Below, one piece after another: positions 21,400 through 34,384 of a DNA stretch of 64,000 nt. Source of the DNA: an uncultured Actinomycetes bacterium (GTDB lineage Bacteria; Actinomycetota; UBA4738; HRBIN12); NCBI GenBank assembly GCA_963758715.1, contig CAVWWK010000004.1, positions 225,404 to 289,403 on the forward strand, in the 5' to 3' direction. The position numbers were made by a program, and so were the translations under genes. How positions within the stretch are numbered: the stretch's first letter is position 1; each line of letters starts with the position of its first letter. Under the pieces are notes generated by a model. It did not search any database and was not told the origin of the DNA. It was given only the letters and a program-made list of their open reading frames with translations.

Positions 21400-23043
21400 T
21401 CAGAAGCGCGGCGTCTCCCGGTAATCGCCGAAGACCTCGATGAGCGCGCGGACGATCTCCCCTTCCGTGCAGCCCGCCCGGGCGCACGCGACCATCGGAT
21501 CGATCAGGTTCGCGTCGGTGTTCGCGGCGGCTGTGAGGGCCGTCAGTGCAGAGGCGGAGGCGCCCCCGTCACGGCCTGCGCGCATCCGCGACACCGCTTC
21601 TCGTTGGGCGGCCTCGGCCTGCGGCCCGATCACCAGCGTGTCGATCGGGCGTTCGTCTGACTCGATGAACGCGTTGACGCCCACCTTCACCAGGTCGCCC
21701 GACTCGTATCGGCGTTGCTCCTCGAACGCGGCGTCGGCGATCCGCTGCTGGAACCATCCCCGGTCGATCCCCGCCAGCACCCCCTCGAGGATCGACCCGC
21801 CTCCCATCGCGTCGATGTGCTCGAAGAGCTCCTCGGCCTGTGCCTCGATGCGGTCGGTCATCGACTCCATGAAGTAGGAACCGGCGAGAGGATCGATCGT
21901 GTCGGGGACACCGGATTCGAAGGCGATCACCTGCTGGGTGCGCAGCGCGAGCTTCGCGGCCTGCTCCGTCGGAAGGGCGAGCACCTCGTCGAGCGCGTTC
22001 GTGTGCAGCGACTGCGTGCCGCCGAGCACCGCCGCGAGCGCCTCCGTGCTCGTGCGCACCACGTTGTTCATGGGCTGCTGCGCCGTGTTCGACACGCCGG
22101 CCGTCTGCGTGTGGAAGCGCATAAGCATCGCCGAGGGCGCGTTCGCTCCGTAGCGGTCGCGCAACCAACGGGCCCAGATCCGTCGAGCGGCGCGGAACTT
22201 CGCGATCTCCTCGAAGAAGTCGATGTGGCTGTTGAAGAAGAACGACAACCCTGACGCGAAGTCGTCGACGTCCAGTCCGCGCTGCAGGCCAAGCTCGACG
22301 TAGGCGAACCCGTCGGCCAGCGTGAAGGCCAGCTCCTGCGCGGCGGTCGAGCCAGCCTCACGGATGTGGTAGCCGCTGACGCTGACCGGATGGAACTTGG
22401 GGCACCGCTCCGCGCAGAAGGCCATGAGATCGCCGATCAGCCGCAGGTGCGGCCGCGGCGGGAAGATCCACTCCTTCTGCGCGATGTATTCCTTCAGGAT
22501 GTCGGTCTGCAGGGTTCCGTCGAGTCGCTCCCAGGGCACGCCCTGTCGTTCAGCGGCAGCCAGGAAGAACGCGAACGCCACGGTCGCGGGTCCGCTGATC
22601 GTCATCGAGGTCGTGATCTCGCCGAGCGGGATGCCGTCGAAGAGCGCCTCGAAGTCCGCCAGGGAATCGGTGGCGACGCCGCAGCGGCCGACCTCGCCTT
22701 CGCTCCGGGGATCGTCGGAGTCCAGGCCCATCAACGTCGGCATGTCGAACGCGACACTGAGGCCGCCCTGCCCCTGCTCGAGCAGGAATCGATAGCGGGC
22801 GTTGGTCTCCGCGGGGGTACCGAATCCGGCGAACTGCCGCATGGTCCACAGACGCCCGCGGTACATCGTCGGATAGACGCCGCGGGTGAAGGGATAGCTC
22901 CCGGGTTCGCCCAGCCGCTCGTCGGGACGCCAACCCTCCAGGTCCTCCGGGGCCGCGAGAGCGGGGACGGGCTCGCCCGAGATGGTTCGATGCGAACGCT
23001 CCTGGGACGGGGCGGTCTCGGTCCGTTCTGAGGCGTCGGTCAC
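21400..23043 (-). CDS. Acyl-CoA mutase large (catalytic TIM-barrel) subunit, methylmalonyl/isobutyryl-CoA mutase family. There is no B12-binding domain.
   Basis: 547 aa. FTRGVYPTMYRGRLWTMRQFAGFG and SGYHIREAG motifs. It ends before the B12-binding domain would begin. Confidence 0.9.
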   Translation of the reverse strand: MTDASERTETAPSQERSHRTISGEPVPALAAPEDLEGWRPDERLGEPGSYPFTRGVYPTMYRGRLWTMRQFAGFGTPAETNARYRFLLEQGQGGLSVAFDMPTLMGLDSDDPRSEGEVGRCGVATDSLADFEALFDGIPLGEITTSMTISGPATVAFAFFLAAAERQGVPWERLDGTLQTDILKEYIAQKEWIFPPRPHLRLIGDLMAFCAERCPKFHPVSVSGYHIREAGSTAAQELAFTLADGFAYVELGLQRGLDVDDFASGLSFFFNSHIDFFEEIAKFRAARRIWARWLRDRYGANAPSAMLMRFHTQTAGVSNTAQQPMNNVVRTSTEALAAVLGGTQSLHTNALDEVLALPTEQAAKLALRTQQVIAFESGVPDTIDPLAGSYFMESMTDRIEAQAEELFEHIDAMGGGSILEGVLAGIDRGWFQQRIADAAFEEQRRYESGDLVKVGVNAFIESDERPIDTLVIGPQAEAAQREAVSRMRAGRDGGASASALTALTAAANTDANLIDPMVACARAGCTEGEIVRALIEVFGDYRETPRF

Positions 23044-23073
23044 ACGGATCTGGTCCTCGCGACCGGCCGCGAT

Positions 23074-24009
23074 CTACTCCGCGGCCCGGGAGGCCAGCAT
23101 AGCGGCGGCGCCGTAGGGATCGAGCCGGCGGGCCTCGAGATCGGCCACGAGCGTCGTCTCCGCCTCGAGGACCACGGAGGCTCGCGATCGGAACCGCTCG
23201 GCGGCCAGGCTCTCCACCTCGCGAAGCATCCGAGCCCGGCGCTTCGCGGCGAGCGCGCCAGAGGCGGCAAGGTGCGTCCGGTGGGACTCGATCGCCTCCC
23301 ACAGCTCGTCGATCCCCTCACCCTGCAGGGCGGAGGCCGTCAGGACCGGCGGGTCCCACTCGCGCGCCGCGCCCAGGTGCAACATCTGGCGCAGCTCGCG
23401 GACGACCTCGGGCGCGCCTTCGCGGTCGGCCTTGTTCACGACGAAGACGTCCGCGATCTCCAGGATCCCGGCCTTCGCCATCTGCACGGCGTCCCCGAGC
23501 CCGGGCGCCATGACGACCACCGCGGTGTCGGTCGCCGCCGCCACGTCGACCTCTGCCTGGCCCACGCCGACGGTCTCGACGACGACGTGCAGGTATCCCG
23601 CGGCATCGAGGATGCGGACGGCCTCCGGCGCCGCCAAGGCCATGCCCCCGAGGTGCCCGCGCGTCGCCATCGATCGGATGAAGACACCGGGATCGGTGGC
23701 GTGCTCCTGCATCCGAACGCGATCGCCGAGCAGCGCGCCGCCGGTGTAGGGCGAGGTCGGATCGACGGCGAGCACGGCGACGGGGATGTCGCGCGAGCGC
23801 GCCGCGCCGACGAGGCCCGCCGCCAACGTCGACTTGCCGACCCCCGGCGCGCCGGTGAGCCCGATCGTGACCGCGGTGCCGGTGCTGGAGTAGATGCCGG
23901 CGGACAGCTCGGGGAGCTCGGCGACGCCATCCTCGACGGCGGAGATGGCCCGTGCGACGGCGCGCCGGTCCCGTGACAGGACCCCTCGCACCAGCGCCTC
24001 CACGTCCAC
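23074..24009 (-). CDS. meaB: Methylmalonyl-CoA mutase-associated GTPase MeaB (ArgK family).
   Basis: 311 aa. P-loop GAPGVGKST, and NKAD. Confidence 0.9.
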   Translation of the reverse strand: MDVEALVRGVLSRDRRAVARAISAVEDGVAELPELSAGIYSSTGTAVTIGLTGAPGVGKSTLAAGLVGAARSRDIPVAVLAVDPTSPYTGGALLGDRVRMQEHATDPGVFIRSMATRGHLGGMALAAPEAVRILDAAGYLHVVVETVGVGQAEVDVAAATDTAVVVMAPGLGDAVQMAKAGILEIADVFVVNKADREGAPEVVRELRQMLHLGAAREWDPPVLTASALQGEGIDELWEAIESHRTHLAASGALAAKRRARMLREVESLAAERFRSRASVVLEAETTLVADLEARRLDPYGAAAMLASRAAE

Positions 24010-24019
24010 GGCCTGCAGA

Positions 24020-25237
24020 CTACCGGGCGTCTGCGGGGCTCTCGGCAGGCGCTGCGCCCGGGATCGCCTGCAGCGCGTCGCGAAGCGACCGGCAATATTC
24101 CCGCTGCCGCGTGAGCGCCGGGTCCTCGGGCGAGGCGACCCGCGAGGCCACCATCGCCAGGTTCACCTGTTCGCGCTGGAGGCGGTGCAGGACCGAGCCC
24201 GCATGCGACCCGGCGCGCCGGCGCATCTGCGCGCGGGCGACGCGCCGGCGCCTGGGAGACTCGAGCAACGTGAGCTCGTCTGCCGAGATGCCGGAGAGGC
24301 CGAGCTCGCCGGCGAGCGACGCATGGAGCCACCGCCGTTCACGCCTGCGCGCCAGCCACACCGCGAGCGTGACGAACGCCAGCAGAGGCAGCCCCTTGAT
24401 CGCGGTCGCGACGAGCACCATGAACCAGTCGGCGCCGGTCCACGGCTCGGGAGGGAAGAAGTCCAGGAGCGGCGAGTTCCAGAGGAAATGACCGAACACC
24501 GCGAGCGCGCACAGCCCGGCGGCGATCGCGAGGCGTTGCGCGAGCGGCTCCTCCGCGCGCCGGGAGACGACGACACCGACCGCCATGCCCACGAGCCCGG
24601 TGTAGAGCACGTGGGAGTACAGGCCGCTGGCGACGACCCTCAGGAAGAACCCCTGCAGGACGCCCTCGGGCTGGCCGCCGAACACGCTCATGAAGTAGAA
24701 GACGTCCTCAACGATCGCGAACCCCAGGCCGCACACCGCCCCATACACGAACCCGTCCATGACGTCGTCGACCTCGTCACGCGCGATGAGATAGAGCAGC
24801 ACGACGCCACAACCCTTCAGCGTCTCCTCGACGAGCGGCGCGGTGAGGGCCGCGGTCCAGCGCGCGGCGAACTCCGGGCCGCCGATCCGCGCGACGGTGA
24901 GCCCCCAGCCGCCGTTGCCGATCGCCGACAACGTCGTCGCGGCGATGGCACCCCACACGAACGCCGCCGCCACGAGCGACAGCGGCTCTCGTTCGTACAG
25001 GTCCAGGAAGTACACGACCACGAAGACCGGCAGGGCGTACAGGGCCAGCAGCGCCCACGACAGCAGCCAGCCGGCGCCGGAGACCTCTCGGTAGAAGCTC
25101 TGCTCCGCGAGGGCGACGACACCGGTGAGCGCCACGACGATCACGTACAACCAGAAGGCCGGCTGCCGGGGACGCAGGAACCGCGCGTGGTGCAAGGTGG
25201 ATCGGCGCGGGCGCAGCGTGCGCGAGGAGGTCGTCAC
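24020..25237 (-). CDS. PrsW-family intramembrane metalloprotease with a long cytoplasmic C-terminal extension.
   Basis: EETLKG, FAIVED, HFLWN motifs in a polytopic core. GTG start overlaps the stop of the upstream gene (GTGA). Confidence 0.7.
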   Translation of the reverse strand: MTTSSRTLRPRRSTLHHARFLRPRQPAFWLYVIVVALTGVVALAEQSFYREVSGAGWLLSWALLALYALPVFVVVYFLDLYEREPLSLVAAAFVWGAIAATTLSAIGNGGWGLTVARIGGPEFAARWTAALTAPLVEETLKGCGVVLLYLIARDEVDDVMDGFVYGAVCGLGFAIVEDVFYFMSVFGGQPEGVLQGFFLRVVASGLYSHVLYTGLVGMAVGVVVSRRAEEPLAQRLAIAAGLCALAVFGHFLWNSPLLDFFPPEPWTGADWFMVLVATAIKGLPLLAFVTLAVWLARRRERRWLHASLAGELGLSGISADELTLLESPRRRRVARAQMRRRAGSHAGSVLHRLQREQVNLAMVASRVASPEDPALTRQREYCRSLRDALQAIPGAAPAESPADAR

Positions 25238-25836
25238 GGCCCCACCCTCGCCTGCTCGACCATCGTATGGAGGTCGCCGTCGATGAAGGCGAGCAGCCCC
25301 TCGGGCGCGAGCCCGATGAAGACGACGCCCCGTCCGGATGGGTCGACCACGGTCGTCACCTCCCCCTCCACGGAGCCGCCCGTATCCGGGTCCGAGCCGA
25401 CGAACGTGAAGCGGCTCCCCGGAGTGCCGTCGGCGAGCGTCACGCCCTCCAGGCGGTCGGACACCGTGAGCTGCGCGAACGAGGGCCCCAGCAGCTCGTC
25501 GACGACGGCGCGGGCGAGCGAGCCCGCGTCGCCGGGGGCGATCCCCCAGTCGAGGATGACGAGGGTGCCGTTGCCTCGCGTGACGGCCACGAACGGCCGG
25601 CTCTCCAGCGTGCCGGGCGGCGCCTGTTCCCAGCCTGACAGGGGCTGCACCTCCACCAGGCCCGGGAAGCCGACCGGCGGTCCCTGTGGTTGCGCGAGCG
25701 CCCCCGCCGCGACGTAGCCACCGAATGTCGCGAACCCGATCACCGCCAGGACGGCCAGGGCCGGGAGCCAGGCCCGTTCGCGGCGGTGGAGCCATGCCGC
25801 TTCGTCCGGGCGCTGCGGGGTCGAGACACCGCTCAT
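25234..25836 (-). CDS. Membrane-anchored hypothetical protein with one N-terminal TM helix and an extracytoplasmic domain of about 150 aa.
   Basis: MSGVSTPQRPDEAAWLHRRERAWLPALAVLAVIGFATFGGYV.... ATGA overlap with the upstream gene, GTGA overlap with PrsW. Confidence 0.5.
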   Translation of the reverse strand: MSGVSTPQRPDEAAWLHRRERAWLPALAVLAVIGFATFGGYVAAGALAQPQGPPVGFPGLVEVQPLSGWEQAPPGTLESRPFVAVTRGNGTLVILDWGIAPGDAGSLARAVVDELLGPSFAQLTVSDRLEGVTLADGTPGSRFTFVGSDPDTGGSVEGEVTTVVDPSGRGVVFIGLAPEGLLAFIDGDLHTMVEQARVGP

Positions 25837-26252
25837 CGCGGGGCCTCGTGCACGTTGAGGAGCCGCATGAGCCTCACCAGTCGGAGCGGGTGACGGAGCA
25901 GCCCGTCGATACGGATCCGGCCACGAACCAGGTCGGCGAGGATCGTGCGGCCTTCGGCGCTCGCCACGTCGGGCACACCCCACCGCAATGGACAGGCAGC
26001 GATCGCGAGCAGGCGGTCGGAGCCGGCCCGGATCCGCAGGTCCGCCGCGCGATCGAGGCCGTTCGCGACGCGCACACACCCCGGCGCGATGTGGAGGCTC
26101 ACCGCGACCCGCACGTCGGGCGCCGCGATCGCGACCGTGGACGACTGCAGGAAGGCGCGTCGCGAGGGATGGGCCTGCAGGTTCTGCTCGATCAGGCCGC
26201 CGAGCAACTCGGCGAGCCCGCTCGGGTCGGGATCGGCGAAGGTCACGGTCAT
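25833..26252 (-). CDS. SCP2 sterol-binding-like domain protein.
   Basis: 139 aa. Pattern typical of actinobacterial SCP2-like proteins. ATGA overlaps on both sides. Confidence 0.5.
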   Translation of the reverse strand: MTVTFADPDPSGLAELLGGLIEQNLQAHPSRRAFLQSSTVAIAAPDVRVAVSLHIAPGCVRVANGLDRAADLRIRAGSDRLLAIAACPLRWGVPDVASAEGRTILADLVRGRIRIDGLLRHPLRLVRLMRLLNVHEAPR

Positions 26253-27289
26253 GGCGTCAGGACGACCTTGGTGGCCTCGCGGCGGTCGAAGAGCTCATAC
26301 CCCCTGGCCCCGTCGCTCAGCGGCAGCCGGTGGCTCACCAAGGGAAGCGGGTCGATGGTGCCCTCCCGGACCATCGCCATCGCGCGTTCCCACCACGCGT
26401 GCACCGGACACGGGCCGGTGAACCGGACATCGAGCGCGCGAGCCCAGTACACGCCGAGCTGCACCTCGACCGTCTCGCCGGCGTACACGCCCACCACCAC
26501 GACGCGCCCGCCGCGGCGGACGATGTCGATGGCCGACCCGAACGCGTCAGGATGACCCACCGCCTCGAGCACGACGTCGGCGCCGCGGCCGTCGGTGAGG
26601 TCGTCCAGCGCCACCTGCGGGTTCCGTTCGCCCACCCGCACCGTGACCGCGCCGGCGTTCGCCGCGAGTGCGAGCCGGGCGGCCTCACGATCGAGGGCCA
26701 CGACCGTTCGCACCCCCGAGGCGCGGAGCGCCTGCACCGTCAGCAGCCCCACCGGTCCCATCCCCACGACCGCGACGACGTCGTCCGCGCGCGGATCGGC
26801 GATCGACACCGCGTACACGGCGGTCGTCAGGGCGTCGCCCACGAACAGCGCCCGCTCGTCCTCCACCCCCTCCGGCACCGCGAGGAGGTTGGTCGCCGCC
26901 CAGGGCACGCGGACCAGCTCCGCCTGGGCGCCGGGCAGATCGCCGCCGAACGTCCCGGCGCCCAGGACGGCCGAGCGTTCGCAGAGCTGGGTCTGGCCGT
27001 TCCGGCAGAACCAGCACGTCCCACACGCGATGTCGAAGGCCACGACCACCCTGTCCCCGCGAGAGAACCCGGTGACCTCCGGGCCCACGGCCTCGACGAC
27101 GCCGACCGCCTCGTGACCCATGACGTCGCCGGGCGCCATCGGCGCCTTCTGGTGATAGAAGTGCAGGTCGGAGCCGCAGATGGCCGAACGACGGACGCGG
27201 ACGATGGCGTCCGAGTCCTCCACGAGCACGGGCTCGTCGACCTCCTCCACCCGCACCACGCCCGGTTCGACGAAGACGAGCGCGCGCAC
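26249..27289 (-). CDS. Zinc-dependent alcohol dehydrogenase (MDR family).
   Basis: CGSDLH...GHE catalytic Zn site, CGTCWFC structural Zn site, VVGMGPVGL Rossmann motif. GTG start at 27289. Confidence 0.85.
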   Translation of the reverse strand: MRALVFVEPGVVRVEEVDEPVLVEDSDAIVRVRRSAICGSDLHFYHQKAPMAPGDVMGHEAVGVVEAVGPEVTGFSRGDRVVVAFDIACGTCWFCRNGQTQLCERSAVLGAGTFGGDLPGAQAELVRVPWAATNLLAVPEGVEDERALFVGDALTTAVYAVSIADPRADDVVAVVGMGPVGLLTVQALRASGVRTVVALDREAARLALAANAGAVTVRVGERNPQVALDDLTDGRGADVVLEAVGHPDAFGSAIDIVRRGGRVVVVGVYAGETVEVQLGVYWARALDVRFTGPCPVHAWWERAMAMVREGTIDPLPLVSHRLPLSDGARGYELFDRREATKVVLTP

Positions 27290-27296
27290 CTGCGAT

Positions 27297-27746
27297 TCAG
27301 CCTTCGTCGGGGAAGGTGGTCTCGACGGTGCTGCACAGGTGAACGAGCTCGTCGGCGGCACGGACGTAGCGCACGATCGTCGGCAGGTCGCCCTGCACGC
27401 GGAGCTTGCCCTGCATCATCGCCCGGACGGGGTCGAGCTCGCCGAGCACCACGTCCTTCCAGCGAGAGTAGGGAGCCCTGATCACGAACTGGGCCGCGAC
27501 GCCCTTCTCATGGTCGACGACGCCGCCTCCCCGGCAGCTGCCGTGCCACAGGTCGAGGTATCCCCAGGTGTCGGCGACGATCCCGCGATCGGGCTCGGAC
27601 TCGATGAGGAAGGCGACGTCTCCCTCCCAGCCCTCGGCGGCATCCCGATACGCGGGCGAGTCGTTGATCCTGTCGATGAGCTCCTGGAACCACGGGTCCG
27701 TCGGGAACTGCGGCAACGTGGACACCTCCGATGTCCGCCTCAGCAT
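27297..27746 (-). CDS. SCP2 sterol-binding domain protein.
   Basis: 149 aa. C-terminal MMQGKLRVQGDLP is the classic SCP2 motif. Confidence 0.7.
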   Translation of the reverse strand: MLRRTSEVSTLPQFPTDPWFQELIDRINDSPAYRDAAEGWEGDVAFLIESEPDRGIVADTWGYLDLWHGSCRGGGVVDHEKGVAAQFVIRAPYSRWKDVVLGELDPVRAMMQGKLRVQGDLPTIVRYVRAADELVHLCSTVETTFPDEG

Positions 27747-27768
27747 ACGGGGCAGGCTTCCGCGAGCT

Positions 27769-28515
27769 TCAGCCGCTGAAGGCGAGGATCAGCGTCACGC
27801 CGATGGCGTTGAAGGCCATGTGCGCCACGATCGGCACGAGCAGGTTGCCCCGCCGTTCGTAGATCCACGCCAGCGCCAGGCCGGTGAACACCATGACCGA
27901 TTGCAGCAGGACGGTGTCCTGCCAGGGTGCGGGCACGAAGTGGACCGCACCGAAGATCAGCGCCGAGACTGCCGCTCCGGCCCAGAAGCCACGGCGGTCG
28001 CGGATGGCGCGGAACAGCACGCCGCGGAACAGGAACTCCTCGGTGATCGGGGCCACGATGACCGCGACGACCACGGTGAGGACCTTCCCGGCGGCCGAGA
28101 GCCCGTCCGCATCGATCTGGTCGGGCGCAACCGCCTCCTCCCCGGAGATCGCTCCGAACAACGCCGCCAGCACGGCCGCGACCAGGAAGGCGATGCCGAG
28201 GTAGATCGCCGGCCCTGCCAGCACGCCGAACCAGATCTCGCGCCACCGCTTCTCCTTGGGTGGCCACCCCAGGACCTCGACCCACCCGGGGTACCGCCGC
28301 TGCAGCCAGATCGCCAGCGTCGCGACGGTGGCGATGTCGGCCCCCAGCGTGGCCGCGAGCTCGGGCGCGCCGGCCCCTCCCGTGGAGAGCTGCTCGACGC
28401 CCATGATCAGGAGGATCACCGTCGCGACCAGGACCTGGCCGATCAGGAGATTCCCCAGCAGGAAGATCAGCAGGGCTTCCCAGATCGACCACCGCGCCGG
28501 CGGACGACCCTTCAT
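27769..28515 (-). CDS. CPBP-family (CAAX) intramembrane glutamic endopeptidase.
   Basis: ITEEFLFRG, FGAVHF, HMAFNAI motifs. Start taken at MKGRPP. The upstream part of the long ORF is an R-rich artefact. Confidence 0.7.
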   Translation of the reverse strand: MKGRPPARWSIWEALLIFLLGNLLIGQVLVATVILLIMGVEQLSTGGAGAPELAATLGADIATVATLAIWLQRRYPGWVEVLGWPPKEKRWREIWFGVLAGPAIYLGIAFLVAAVLAALFGAISGEEAVAPDQIDADGLSAAGKVLTVVVAVIVAPITEEFLFRGVLFRAIRDRRGFWAGAAVSALIFGAVHFVPAPWQDTVLLQSVMVFTGLALAWIYERRGNLLVPIVAHMAFNAIGVTLILAFSG

Positions 28516-28589
28516 GCCCGTGCGGACGGATGCTCCAGGAAGCGGCGGCGCGGAGGGGCCCAGGTCGGGCCGGGGCGGCGTCCCGTCGA

Positions 28590-29864
28590 TCACCAGGGCT
28601 CCATGGTCGCGGGCTCGGCGACGCGGCGCACCTCGGCGCCCAGGCCGCCGAGCTTGTCCTCGAAGTTCTCGTATCCGCGGTCGACATGGTGAAGCTCGTT
28701 GATCTCGGTCACCCCGTCGGCGACGAGCGCCGCGATGACCATGGCGGCTCCCGCCCTGATGTCGAGCGAACGGACCGGGGCGGCGGACAGCCGCGGCACG
28801 CCGCGGATCACCGCGTGGTGGCCCTCGGTCCGGATGTCGGCCCCCATGCGCCGCAGCTCGTCGACGTACAGGAACCGGCTCTCGAACACGTTCTCGGTGG
28901 CGATGCTGGTGCCGTCCGCGGTCGCGAGCATCGCCATCAGGATGGGCTGGAAGTCGGTCGCGACCCCCGGGTAGGGCAGGGTCACGAAGTCGATCGAACG
29001 GGCCCGGGATGCCTGACGGACCCGAAGGCCGTCCTGGACGAGATCCACCGACGCGCCCGCGTCGACCAGCTTCTGCAGGAACAGGTCGAGGTGATCGGGC
29101 CGGGCGTTCCGCAGGGTGACGTCCCCGCCCGTCGCGACCGCGGCCGCGGCCCACGTGCCGGCCTCGATGCGGTCCGCGATCGTCGTGTGCTCACCGGATG
29201 CGAGACCTTCGACGCCGTCGATCTCGATCGTGCTGCTGCCGGCGCCGTGGATCCGAGCACCCATCGAGACCAGGAACGCGGCGATGTCGGCGATCTCGGG
29301 CTCACGCGCCGCGTTGTCGATCACGGTCGTTCCCCGCGCGCAGACCGCCGCCATCATCAGGTTCTCGGTGGCTCCCACGCTGGGGTAGTCCAGGGTGATC
29401 GAGGCCCCGCGAAGCCCGGTCGAGCGCGCGACGAGGAATCCGTGCTCGGACCCGACCTCGGCGCCCATCGCCCTCAGCCCCGCGATGTGCAGGTCGATGG
29501 GCCGCGATCCGATCTCGTCTCCGCCCGGCATCGCCACGCGCGCCTGGCCCGCCCGAGCGAGCAGCGACCCCAGGACGGCGGTGGACGCGCGCATCCGACG
29601 CACCAGCTCGTAGGGCGCCTCCACCGACGTGAGGGTGGAGGCGTCGATCGTCACCGTGTTCCCGTCCCAGGCCACGCCCGCCCCCAGGTGGTCGAGCACA
29701 TCGCCCATCGTGAGGCAGTCCTGGATCCGCGGGACGTTGCGCAGCACCGTGCGGCCGGGCGCGAGGAGCGCGGCGGCCATGAGCTTGAGCGCGGAGTTCT
29801 TGGCGCCCGAGATCGTCACCGATCCGGTCAGGCGCGCTCCTCCGGTCACGAGGAGTCGATCCAT
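28590..29864 (-). CDS. murA: UDP-N-acetylglucosamine 1-carboxyvinyltransferase.
   Basis: 424 aa, full-length MurA. The active-site loop reads PGGDEIGSRPIDLH, with Asp where the E. coli Cys115 sits. Confidence 0.95.
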   Translation of the reverse strand: MDRLLVTGGARLTGSVTISGAKNSALKLMAAALLAPGRTVLRNVPRIQDCLTMGDVLDHLGAGVAWDGNTVTIDASTLTSVEAPYELVRRMRASTAVLGSLLARAGQARVAMPGGDEIGSRPIDLHIAGLRAMGAEVGSEHGFLVARSTGLRGASITLDYPSVGATENLMMAAVCARGTTVIDNAAREPEIADIAAFLVSMGARIHGAGSSTIEIDGVEGLASGEHTTIADRIEAGTWAAAAVATGGDVTLRNARPDHLDLFLQKLVDAGASVDLVQDGLRVRQASRARSIDFVTLPYPGVATDFQPILMAMLATADGTSIATENVFESRFLYVDELRRMGADIRTEGHHAVIRGVPRLSAAPVRSLDIRAGAAMVIAALVADGVTEINELHHVDRGYENFEDKLGGLGAEVRRVAEPATMEPW

Positions 29865-29902
29865 GGGGCAACCAGTGTATGGGCGAGGAGGCCTTCGGAG
29901 GC

Positions 29903-30361
29903 TTAGCCGGCGATGTTGATCCGGGCGAGCGCCATGTCGAGCTCAGCCTGGGCGGCCTCGACCCCCGCCTCGGCCGAGGCGTCGTCTCGGGCCTGTCGCA
30001 CCTGCTCCTCGAGGTCGGGAACCCGCCGGCGCGCCGCTTCGACATCGATCTCGTCCGCGAACTGGGCGCCGGCGGCGAGCACGTCCACCCGGGTGTCGCC
30101 ACCTTCGGAGGTCACGTGCATGAACCCGCCGTCGACGACAGCCGCCATCTCGGGCTCACCCTCGCGAAGGATCCGCAGCGGACCGATCGCGAGGCGGATC
30201 ATGAGCGGCGCGTGCCCCGCCAGGATGCCCACCTCGCCGGCCACCCCGCGCGCGACGACGGTCGAGGCCTGGCCCGACCACAGTTCGCGTTCGGGGGTGA
30301 CGACGTGGACGTCGAGCGAGTCGAGTCACGGCGCTATCGCCTTCGGCTGCTTGAGCGCCAT
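29903..30361 (-). CDS. atpC: ATP synthase epsilon chain, with an in-frame TGA at codon 12 (30326-30328).
   Basis: ATG 7 nt after the atpD stop, then MALKQPKAIAP-TGA-LDSLDVHVVTPERELWSGQASTVVARGVAGEVGILAGHAPL.... The conserved N-terminal beta-sandwich is in frame downstream of the TGA. Confidence 0.8.
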
Positions 30362-30365
30362 CAGC

Positions 30366-34369
<4,004 letters not shown>

Positions 34370-34384
34370 GCCGTCACACGCTCC

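Noticed and set aside
21237-21400. Cobalamin riboswitch in the cbiM leader
   Set aside because: No B12 box (GCCACUG-like core) or the flanking conserved stems were recognisable. The leader is only 163 nt and is dominated by 15-nt repeats. Left as not found pending a covariance-model scan.
30326-30328. TGA recoding (Sec or Trp) or a genome-wide TGA reassignment to explain the atpC in-frame stop
   Set aside because: TGA is used as an ordinary stop throughout this window, including many ATGA and GTGA overlaps. No SECIS-like context was evident. A local error or mutation is more likely.
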